64,000 nucleotides of DNA from an uncultured Flavobacteriaceae bacterium (GTDB taxonomy: Bacteria > Bacteroidota > Bacteroidia > Flavobacteriales > Flavobacteriaceae). Both the position numbers and the translations under genes were made by a program. The notes below the pieces were generated by a model. That model was not told the origin of the DNA. It saw only the letters and a list, made by a program, of their open reading frames with translations, and did no database searches. The stretch covers positions 11,138 to 75,137 of the forward strand of contig CAJWGK010000001.1 in the NCBI GenBank assembly GCA_913030895.1, read 5' to 3'. Each line of letters opens with the position of its first letter. Positions within the stretch are counted from its first letter, which is position 1. Positions 20,146 to 28,057 of this stretch are shown one piece after another.

Positions 20146-20641
20146 TGAAAATATCTTGAGTCATCCTTTCAAAAATAACTTCATGGGCTTGACTTTGAAT
20201 ATCATATAGCTGAGCTTCGGCAGGAAAGTCGTAGAAGAATGAAAACTTTTTTTCAAAGTCATCATCTTCATTATTAGCATTTGAATAACGAAGATTGACT
20301 GTCATCGTGAGTCGGTTTTGGGCTGCTGTTAGGTTGGCAGTAGAAGTCATTGGGGTGATGCTATATTGTGTAATTTCTCCCTCATAAACCAAATCACCTC
20401 CAGATTTAACCAAGCTCAAATTGGTTTGCCCAAGAATTATATCCTGCAGCGCAAGGGTGAAATCTTGATCTAGCCCCGGTTCTACTGTTGATCCTGGTCT
20501 ACTACCAGCTTGATTTTCAAAATAATTTACCTGAAATGAGTTAGCTCCTGCTGGGATTGAGGCTCCAGTAAATGAGTAGATACCGCAACCCAATAAACTC
20601 ATAGTGCTAAAAAATAAAAACCCAATGACTATTCTATTCAT
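20123..20641 (-). CDS. lptE: LPS-assembly lipoprotein LptE-like
   Basis: Taken from the internal Met: 'MNRIVIGFLFFSTMSLLGCGIYSFTG' has a lipobox. Size and position after the sigma54 activator fit flavobacterial LptE. The start overlaps the upstream stop by 8 nt. Confidence 0.65.
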   Translation of the reverse strand: MNRIVIGFLFFSTMSLLGCGIYSFTGASIPAGANSFQVNYFENQAGSRPGSTVEPGLDQDFTLALQDIILGQTNLSLVKSGGDLVYEGEITQYSITPMTSTANLTAAQNRLTMTVNLRYSNANNEDDDFEKKFSFFYDFPAEAQLYDIQSQAHEVIFERMTQDIFNATLAKW

Positions 20642-21902
20642 CCTCGTTGTCTTGTAAGTCAAATTGTTTGATTTTTCTGTAAAGTGTTCTCTCTGAAATT
20701 CCCAATTCCTCAGCGGCAGCTTTTCTTTTACCATTGCTTCTTTTGAGGGCTAATTTTATCATTTCGATTTCCTTCTCAAGTAAGGAGAGTGGTTCTTCCT
20801 CGACAATAGTCTCCGCATAATCGTATTGATTTACATTCTGAGTTTCAGGATAACTAATCGCACTATTTTTATCGGAGGGTGCAATAAAAGCTACGGCCTT
20901 GTTCTCATCATTTTCCTCACCGTATATTTTTTTAATTAATTCGGGATTGTTTTTCTGAACGTTTGAGACATTTTCATTTTCCATTAACTCGTGTGTGAGC
21001 TTCTTCAGGTCATTGAGGTCGTTTTTCATATCAAAGAGGACTTTGTATAAGATTTCTCTTTCAGAAGAGAAATCCGTATCCTTTTGCGTAGAATCCACTA
21101 TCGCAGGTAATTGAGACCCCATATCCGGTAGATAATTTCTGAGCATATTGGGAGTGAGGAGTCTTTCTTTTTCTAATACCGATACTTGTTCGGCAACATT
21201 CCGCAATTGCCTAATATTACCATTCCAGCGATATTGCACCAATAGTTGTTGGGCATTGTCGTCTAATCTTAAAGTGGGCATTTTATATTTTTGAGCAAAA
21301 TCAGCCGCAAACTTTCTAAATAGCAATGGAATATCTTCTTTTCTAGCTCTTAAGGGAGGAAGATGAATTTCAACAGTACTTAATCGGTAGTATAGATCTT
21401 CTCTAAATTTTCCTTTTTTTATCGCTTCATTCATTTTGACATTAGTAGCTGCAACGATTCTAACATCTGTTTTTTGAACTTTTGATGAACCGACTTTAAT
21501 AAATTCTCCGTTTTCAAGTACTCTTAACAGCCTAACTTGTGTTGGCAATGGTAACTCCCCAACTTCATCCAAAAAGATTGTTCCACCATCGGCAACTTCA
21601 AAATATCCACTTCGGGTAGTTGTTGCCCCAGTAAATGCACCTTTTTCGTGTCCAAAAAGTTCACTATCAATTGTTCCCTCGGGAATTGCTCCACAGTTTA
21701 CGGCAATATATTTTGAGTGTTTTCTTGGTGAAAATTGATGAATAATTTTTGGAATATTCTCTTTTCCAACACCGCTTTCACCAGTAACTAGAACGGTTAT
21801 TTCTGTAGATGCAACACGTAATGCTTTTTCCAAAGCCCTATTTAGCCCGGGATGATTACCAATGATTCCAAATCGTTGTTTTATGTTTTGTGCTGATTCC
21901 AT
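20634..21902 (-). CDS. Sigma-54-dependent enhancer-binding protein (AAA+ plus C-terminal Fis-type HTH; no N-terminal sensor domain)
   Basis: Walker A 'GESGVGKE', intact 'GAFTGA' loop, 'DEVGELP' Walker B, and C-terminal 'AAEELGISERTLYRKIK' HTH. Confidence 0.9.
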   Translation of the reverse strand: MESAQNIKQRFGIIGNHPGLNRALEKALRVASTEITVLVTGESGVGKENIPKIIHQFSPRKHSKYIAVNCGAIPEGTIDSELFGHEKGAFTGATTTRSGYFEVADGGTIFLDEVGELPLPTQVRLLRVLENGEFIKVGSSKVQKTDVRIVAATNVKMNEAIKKGKFREDLYYRLSTVEIHLPPLRARKEDIPLLFRKFAADFAQKYKMPTLRLDDNAQQLLVQYRWNGNIRQLRNVAEQVSVLEKERLLTPNMLRNYLPDMGSQLPAIVDSTQKDTDFSSEREILYKVLFDMKNDLNDLKKLTHELMENENVSNVQKNNPELIKKIYGEENDENKAVAFIAPSDKNSAISYPETQNVNQYDYAETIVEEEPLSLLEKEIEMIKLALKRSNGKRKAAAEELGISERTLYRKIKQFDLQDNEDE

Positions 21903-21905
21903 GAT

Positions 21906-23402
21906 CTAAATACCTGCTGAGTGACCAATAGCAGAGCCGATTAAGGTCGCTGAGGTGCTATCCTCAATGGTGACATCTACAAATTCTCCTACCTTATAAT
22001 TTTCTTTTGGGAAAACCACGACAGTATTTTGAGTTGTTCTCCCGCTCCAATGATCGTTTGATCTTTTAGAACTCTTTTCAATTAATACACATACTGTTTG
22101 CCCTAAAAATTGATTAGTTCTGTAATCGCTATGTATTCGTTGAAGGTCAATGATTTCCTTTAACCTTTTTTTCTTGGTCGCCTCCGGAATATCGTCTTCA
22201 ATTTTTCTAGCTGCCATCGTCCCCGGACGTTCCGAATAAGCAAACATGAACCCGAAATCATATTTGACATAATCCATAAGGTTGAGGGTATCTTGATGAT
22301 CTTCTTCTGTTTCAGTTGGGAAACCTGCAATCATATCGTGAGAAATACCACAATCAGGGATAATTTTTTTGATATTATCAATCAATTCAAAATATTCCTC
22401 ACGAGTATGCTGGCGATTCATTTTCTTTAGAATGGCATTACTGCCAGATTGAACTGGCAGGTGTATGTATTTACAAATATTATTGTGTTTTGCCATGGTG
22501 TGGATAACGTCTAGTGACATATCTTGAGGGTTAGAAGTGGAAAACCGTATTCTCATACCAGGTTGTTCAGTTGCTACTAAATCTAACAGTTTTGAAAAAT
22601 TCACTGCTGTTTTTTGTTGTAAAGTGCTTGCATTGACAAAATCTTTTTTCAAACCTCCTCCATACCACAAGTAACTATCTACGTTTTGCCCCAGTAGGGT
22701 AATTTCTTTGTAACCTTTGTTGACTAGATCATTTACTTCTTCAAGGATGCTTTTAGGATCTCGACTCCGTTCCCTTCCTCTAGTAAAAGGAACAACACAA
22801 AATGTACACATGTTATCACAGCCTCTAGTTATGGTAACGAAGGCACTTACACCATTGGACGCAAGTCTAACAGGTGAAATATCACCATAGGTTTCCTCCT
22901 TGGAAAGTATAACATTTACTGCCTCGCGTTCAGCCTCTGCCTCCCTCAAAAGATTAGGGATGTCTTTATAGGCGTCTGGCCCAACTACCAAGTCTACCAT
23001 TTTTTCTTCCTCTAAAAACTTGTGCTTTAATCGTTCTGCCATACAGCCCAAAACGCCAATTTTTAGATTTTTATTTTTTTGCTTGAGACCATTAAATAAC
23101 TCCAATCTTTTTCTTACGGTTTGCTCCGCTTTTTCCCGAATCGAACAAGTATTAACTAAAACTAAGTCTGCCAATTCCATGGAAGTAGTTGGTTGATAAC
23201 CTTGTTTATCCAAAATCGATGCGACAATCTCACTGTCTGAAAAATTCATCTGACAGCCATATGATTCAATATAGAATTGTAGATTTTGAGTAGGTTTATT
23301 TTTTTCAATTTCTGAAAAACCTTGGAGTGTATCAGGTGTATTAATTTTCGCCAATGCTTCACCATTATACTTATAAGGATCTTTAACCAAGGGTTTTGCC
23401 AT
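21906..23402 (-). CDS. miaB: tRNA-i6A37 methylthiotransferase MiaB
   Basis: UPF0004 N-domain cysteines ('ESYGCQMN', 'NTCSIREKAE'), radical-SAM 'RGCDNMCTFCVVP', and a C-terminal TRAM domain. Confidence 0.93.
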   Translation of the reverse strand: MAKPLVKDPYKYNGEALAKINTPDTLQGFSEIEKNKPTQNLQFYIESYGCQMNFSDSEIVASILDKQGYQPTTSMELADLVLVNTCSIREKAEQTVRKRLELFNGLKQKNKNLKIGVLGCMAERLKHKFLEEEKMVDLVVGPDAYKDIPNLLREAEAEREAVNVILSKEETYGDISPVRLASNGVSAFVTITRGCDNMCTFCVVPFTRGRERSRDPKSILEEVNDLVNKGYKEITLLGQNVDSYLWYGGGLKKDFVNASTLQQKTAVNFSKLLDLVATEQPGMRIRFSTSNPQDMSLDVIHTMAKHNNICKYIHLPVQSGSNAILKKMNRQHTREEYFELIDNIKKIIPDCGISHDMIAGFPTETEEDHQDTLNLMDYVKYDFGFMFAYSERPGTMAARKIEDDIPEATKKKRLKEIIDLQRIHSDYRTNQFLGQTVCVLIEKSSKRSNDHWSGRTTQNTVVVFPKENYKVGEFVDVTIEDSTSATLIGSAIGHSAGI

Positions 23403-23427
23403 TGTATTATCTACTTTTTATTTTTTG

Positions 23428-23435
23428 CAAATATA
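23428..23435 (-). promoter_or_regulatory. Candidate -7 promoter box (TATATTTG) for miaB
   Basis: Minus-strand TATATTTG, 25 nt upstream of the miaB ATG. Confidence 0.4.
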
Positions 23436-23486
23436 ATTAAAGCTGCCTTTTTGTCATGTTTTAGGCGAATATTTAATTTTTTATTA

Positions 23487-24878
23487 TTAAAGGAAAATTA
23501 TTAGTATTGATTCCATCACAAAGAAAAATAGAAAGGGTATGACCAGATATCCCATCACATCCCGAGCTTCAATTCTAGTTCCCGCTCCCATGACTGGTAA
23601 TACAATTAGAAGATAAAAGGGTTGCAAAAGATTGGTTAAGCTTTCTCCATAGGCAATCGCAAGGGAAGTTTTAGAGATAAGTTCAATTACTTGTTCATTT
23701 GGTAATCCTGTTGCAATTTGTTTTGCAGCTTCTAACAAACTGGGACCTATTACTGCAAATTCTCCACCCCCTGAGGGAATCGCAAAATTCACTATCCCGC
23801 CGATCAAATAGCTTACATAGGGAAAGACTTCAATTGATGCATTTTCGGCAATCCATTTTGCAAAAGAACCTCCCAATCCCGTATGAGTCATAATACCCAT
23901 AATTCCAGCATAAAATGGAAATTGATAAATAATTCCTGAAACATTGCTACTCGCTCTTTTCATTGAAACGCCATAACGCTTAGGATTCTGATGTAGGATC
24001 AGTCCTAGGATGATAAAAATAAAAATCACGATATTCAAGTTAATATCGAAACCATTGGTAGCAAAATAGTAGACAATAAAACTCGACCCCATCGCGTAAA
24101 TTAAAAATTGCAATAATCTACTGTGATTAAGTCGGTCAGAGAAAGACTTTTTTTCAGTGATTGTCGAGGCAGCTTCCTCTTCTATACTTTGAGACGGAAT
24201 TGCAGCCTGATCAACAATAAAATCCTTTAACTCCTGTTTTTTATTTTTTTTTGGAATTAACAATAGCACTAGTAGCGGTGCAAAAATTATATATAGTGCT
24301 AAAATTGAAAAGTTTAATGTTGAGCCTAAAGTATAGCTTGTAGGAATAATCTGATCAAGAATCCCCGCTTCAATGATAAAGTTGTTTTCAGTATTTAGTG
24401 CTAGGGGAATAGAGCTTGCCAGACCAGTTACCCATACGTTATTTGCAAAATAAACACAAGCAATTAAAAAAGGATAATTGATACCTTTAACTTTAAGAGC
24501 CAACTGGCGTGCCAAAACAGCTACAACAACAATCAATCCCCATGATATAGTGGATAGCAATACTCCTAAGAGCATTACGATAAAATACACCTGAGTAGGA
24601 GTTTTAATAAAAGCGCTTAATTTTTCTATACTTTTATCTATTTGGGGGGCTAGGGCAATGCTGTATCCAGTAACCAATATTAAAATCAATTGCATACCAA
24701 ATTCCAAAAGTCCCCAAAAACCCTCATACCAAGAGGAAATTACTTTTAAGGGGGTTGCCTCTAAAAAAAGTATAGCACCGATGCCGGTAATTAATGTTAG
24801 CAATAAGGCAAACACAAAAGAATCTGGCATATACCTTTTGAATAAATCAGTAAATTTTTCGCCAAATTTAGAGAGCAT
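23487..24878 (-). CDS. AtoE-like short-chain fatty acid transporter family membrane protein
   Basis: 463-aa polytopic protein. The N-terminus 'FTDLFKRYMPDSFVFALLLT' resembles the AtoE/TIGR00366 family as I recall it. Confidence 0.55.
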   Translation of the reverse strand: MLSKFGEKFTDLFKRYMPDSFVFALLLTLITGIGAILFLEATPLKVISSWYEGFWGLLEFGMQLILILVTGYSIALAPQIDKSIEKLSAFIKTPTQVYFIVMLLGVLLSTISWGLIVVVAVLARQLALKVKGINYPFLIACVYFANNVWVTGLASSIPLALNTENNFIIEAGILDQIIPTSYTLGSTLNFSILALYIIFAPLLVLLLIPKKNKKQELKDFIVDQAAIPSQSIEEEAASTITEKKSFSDRLNHSRLLQFLIYAMGSSFIVYYFATNGFDINLNIVIFIFIILGLILHQNPKRYGVSMKRASSNVSGIIYQFPFYAGIMGIMTHTGLGGSFAKWIAENASIEVFPYVSYLIGGIVNFAIPSGGGEFAVIGPSLLEAAKQIATGLPNEQVIELISKTSLAIAYGESLTNLLQPFYLLIVLPVMGAGTRIEARDVMGYLVIPFLFFFVMESILIIFL

Positions 24879-24883
24879 CTAAG

Positions 24884-26407
24884 TTATTTAGGTTGTGAGT
24901 GAATGGTTTTGGGTTCTTTTAACTCCTTTGGATCAGAGGCGACTATTTCAAGCCCTACAGGAGGTTTTCTTGCTTCCGTAATTCGTTCCGACAAGACCAC
25001 ATACAGTGAGTCTTTAATAAATTTATAAGATTCATCCTCAGCCAAGTTATTCAATTCTTCTTTATCAAATTTATGATCGTATAATTCAAACCCTAACAAT
25101 CCGTTAGCGCCCCATTGGGTAAATCTATAGCGTTCGGTTTTAATGGAATATCCAGAAACTCTGCCTTCGTAACCAACAGAAACACCCAGTTCTGTAAGCG
25201 CACTTTCTCTAACTCTGGCGGTAGAATCTTTTAAGAGTGGCGCAAAGCTTTTTCCTGAGACAAATTCAGGGGTATTCACGCCTAAAAGCTCCATTATCGT
25301 TGGATATATATCAACCAACTCCACAGGAGCAGTCATTATTTTTTCATTTTTATTGATTCCAGGTCCAGCCACGATTAGTGGAACTCTTGTGGCATTATTA
25401 AAAAGTGTTCGTTTTTGCCAGTGACCATGTTCTCCAAGATGATACCCGTGATCTGAGGTAAACACTACAATCGTATTTTTATCCAATCCAGTTTCCTCTA
25501 ATTTGTCTAATACGCGTCCTACTTGAGCGTCAACAAAACTAGTAGTAGCATAATAAGCCTCCTTAATCGTTTTGGCGAGGTTCTCCTCTAAGTTTCTTTG
25601 ATCTCTTTTTTCTCTGACGCTTCTTGCGGCCGCTTGAGGTATTGTCTTCAAATATTCATTCGAACTTTTGGGGATCTCCATGTCATCAGTTTCATAGAGG
25701 TCAAAATACTTCTTAGGAGCTACATAAGGAGTATGAGGACGGTACAGGCCAAATGCTAGAAAAAAATTCTCGCCGCTTTTGGCAAATTTATCCAGAAACT
25801 CGATAGTCTCTGTAGCACCAATACCATCGGTTTGTTCTTCATCAGTTCCGTCAGCGGCTAGCCAGCTTAATGTACCTCCATAAGATCTGGGTGTTAGTGT
25901 ATTAATTTTATATTCCTCAATCTTGTCCCTTCCATACGGATTTACAGTTTGATCCCATGTATAGTTATCGTCATTTCCAGCTGTTCCAATGTCCCTGGGA
26001 TTGTGGTAGTGGTATATTTTCCCTATCCTGACAGAATGATAATTTTCTTCTCTAAGCCTTTGTCCCAAAGTAACCACTCGAGGTATCGTCTGTCTTATGG
26101 ATAATCTTAATTTTTTAATTTTCGTTTGATCAGGATACAAACCCGTCATAAATGAAGCTCTTGATGGCGCACACCAAGGATATTGATTGTGAGCATTTCC
26201 AAACAAGACACCTCTTTGAGCCAGTTTGTCTATGTTGGGAGAAATCACTTGCTGGTGTCCATAGGCTCCCAAATCACAATTTAGATCGTCTGATACTATA
26301 AATAAAACATTGTATTTAGGTGGATTTTTACTTTCTGAATTAGAGCCTAGTAGTGGAAGGCATAAAAAAATAAAATATATTTTGTGTAGCTGTCGTTTCA
26401 AGTTCAT
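24884..26407 (-). CDS. Secreted Cys-type sulfatase (formylglycine-dependent)
   Basis: Signal peptide. 'VSDDLNCDLG' and the 'CAPSRASFMTG' C-x-P-x-R formylglycine signature. 'FTSDHGYHLGEHG'. Confidence 0.88.
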   Translation of the reverse strand: MNLKRQLHKIYFIFLCLPLLGSNSESKNPPKYNVLFIVSDDLNCDLGAYGHQQVISPNIDKLAQRGVLFGNAHNQYPWCAPSRASFMTGLYPDQTKIKKLRLSIRQTIPRVVTLGQRLREENYHSVRIGKIYHYHNPRDIGTAGNDDNYTWDQTVNPYGRDKIEEYKINTLTPRSYGGTLSWLAADGTDEEQTDGIGATETIEFLDKFAKSGENFFLAFGLYRPHTPYVAPKKYFDLYETDDMEIPKSSNEYLKTIPQAAARSVREKRDQRNLEENLAKTIKEAYYATTSFVDAQVGRVLDKLEETGLDKNTIVVFTSDHGYHLGEHGHWQKRTLFNNATRVPLIVAGPGINKNEKIMTAPVELVDIYPTIMELLGVNTPEFVSGKSFAPLLKDSTARVRESALTELGVSVGYEGRVSGYSIKTERYRFTQWGANGLLGFELYDHKFDKEELNNLAEDESYKFIKDSLYVVLSERITEARKPPVGLEIVASDPKELKEPKTIHSQPK

Positions 26408-26454
26408 TTTGTTTTTAAATATTTATTCTTAAAAATTCCCAAAAAAAATTTCAG

Positions 26455-27843
26455 TCAAACTTCAATTGGAATTCCAGATGATTTGATCGCTGAAAAACCA
26501 CCTGCAATATCAATCATTGAATGTATTCCTCTACTTTTGAGAATCGAATTAGCAATCATGCTCCTATACCCACCAGCACAATGAATGAAAAAGTCATCTT
26601 TAGCAGGAATCTCATCCAATTTTTCATTGAGTTGATCCAAGGGAATATTTAGTGCATTTTTAAGATGTCCATCATTAAATTCTGATATTTTTCTTACATC
26701 GATAATTTTTGTCTTTAAACTTATCCTGTCACTAAGTTTAGAGGCTTCTATTAGAGGAATGGAATCAGTTTCCTTACCAGCAGCTTTCCAAGACGCTAGT
26801 CCTCCATCAAGAAAGCCTAGGGTATTATCAAATCCGACTCTTGATAATCGCGTAATCGTTTCCTCCTCCCTGCCTTGAGGGGTGATAAGTAAAATAGGAT
26901 GTTTTATGTCGCCAATCATCGCGCCAACCCAAGGGGCAAATCCTCCATCAATTCCAATGAATATTGATTGTGGGATATGTTCCTGAGCAAATTGAATTTG
27001 ATTTCTTACATCCAAAATCAAAGCGCCAGACTGGTTGGCGATTTTTTCAAATTCCTCGGGATTAAGGGCTTTGTATCCTGTTTTCAAAACTTCGTCTATG
27101 TCTTTATAGCCCTCTTGATTCATTTTTACATTCATCGGAAAATAGGGAGGTGGAGCTTCAAGTCCACTGGTCAGTTCTTTGATAAAGTCTGCCTTAGAAA
27201 GTTCTTGATTCAGCGCGTAATTTTTCAACTTTTGACTTCCCAGAGTACCAGATGTTTCCGAACTAATTTTTTTCCCACAGGCTGATCCAGCTCCATGGGC
27301 AGGATAAATGATAACATCATCTTCAAGTGGCATGATTTGAGTTCGAAGACTTTCATATAATAGTCCAGCCATCTGCTCCTGTGTCATTCCATTTTCTTTT
27401 TGTGCAAGGTCAGGACGGCCAACATCTCCCAAAAAAAGTGTGTCGCCAGTAAAAATTGCATGGTCTTTTCCTTTATCATCCTTGAGAAGATAAGTGGTAC
27501 TCTCCAGGGTATGTCCTGGCGTATGGAGAACTACAAATGTTAACTTCCCAAGTTTAAACGTTTCGCGATTTTTTGCGATGGTGACTGGATATGAAGTTTT
27601 TGCGTTAGGACCGAAAATCACAGGAGCTCCTGTCGCTTTAGATAGGGTTAAATGACCACTTACAAAATCCGCGTGAATGTGGGTTTCGAATATGAATTTG
27701 ATTTTTGCATCATTCTTCTTCGCAAGCTTCAAATAGTGGTTGATCTCTCTGAGAGGGTCAATTATGGCGACTTCCCCATCACTTTCAACATAATAGGCAC
27801 CCTGAGAAAGACATCCAGTATAAATTTGTTCAATTTTCATCAA
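26455..27843 (-). CDS. MBL-fold (persulfide-dioxygenase-like) hydrolase fused to two rhodanese domains
   Basis: 'ETHIHADFVSGH' metallo-beta-lactamase motif. The C-terminal rhodanese has the active loop 'HCAGGYRS'. The middle rhodanese-like domain lacks the Cys. Confidence 0.85.
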   Translation of the reverse strand: MMKIEQIYTGCLSQGAYYVESDGEVAIIDPLREINHYLKLAKKNDAKIKFIFETHIHADFVSGHLTLSKATGAPVIFGPNAKTSYPVTIAKNRETFKLGKLTFVVLHTPGHTLESTTYLLKDDKGKDHAIFTGDTLFLGDVGRPDLAQKENGMTQEQMAGLLYESLRTQIMPLEDDVIIYPAHGAGSACGKKISSETSGTLGSQKLKNYALNQELSKADFIKELTSGLEAPPPYFPMNVKMNQEGYKDIDEVLKTGYKALNPEEFEKIANQSGALILDVRNQIQFAQEHIPQSIFIGIDGGFAPWVGAMIGDIKHPILLITPQGREEETITRLSRVGFDNTLGFLDGGLASWKAAGKETDSIPLIEASKLSDRISLKTKIIDVRKISEFNDGHLKNALNIPLDQLNEKLDEIPAKDDFFIHCAGGYRSMIANSILKSRGIHSMIDIAGGFSAIKSSGIPIEV

Positions 27844-28029
27844 CCCAATCTAATTAATTTATAGTTCTAATCGATTTAAGGCGCCCTCAAAAATCTAATA
27901 AATTAATCAATTAAACAAGTGCTTTGTAGCACTTAATTTTTTTTAACTACAAAATTTAAAATTTAACAACTTTTCAATTTTTATAGATTTAGATAGCTTA
28001 ATCATAATGGGTGTTAAAAAAAAACTACA

Positions 28030-28037
28030 TAATTTTG
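28030..28037 (+). promoter_or_regulatory. Candidate -7 promoter box (TAATTTTG) for topA
   Basis: TAnnTTTG match 21 nt upstream of the ATG at 28058. It lies inside the longer ORF-track extension, which argues for the 28058 start. Confidence 0.4.
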
Positions 28038-28057
28038 CTTTGAACAAAAATCTATCT

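Noticed and set aside
20642-20734. 31-codon N-terminal extension of the lptE-like ORF
   Set aside because: It lies wholly within the sigma-54 activator's HTH-coding 3' end. The lipoprotein signal peptide begins at the internal Met (20641).
28007-28057. Longer topA start (MGVKKKLHNFALNKNLS...)
   Set aside because: The conserved TOPRIM N-terminus starts at Met 28058. A TAATTTTG -7 box lies within the putative extension, which also contains an A9 tract.
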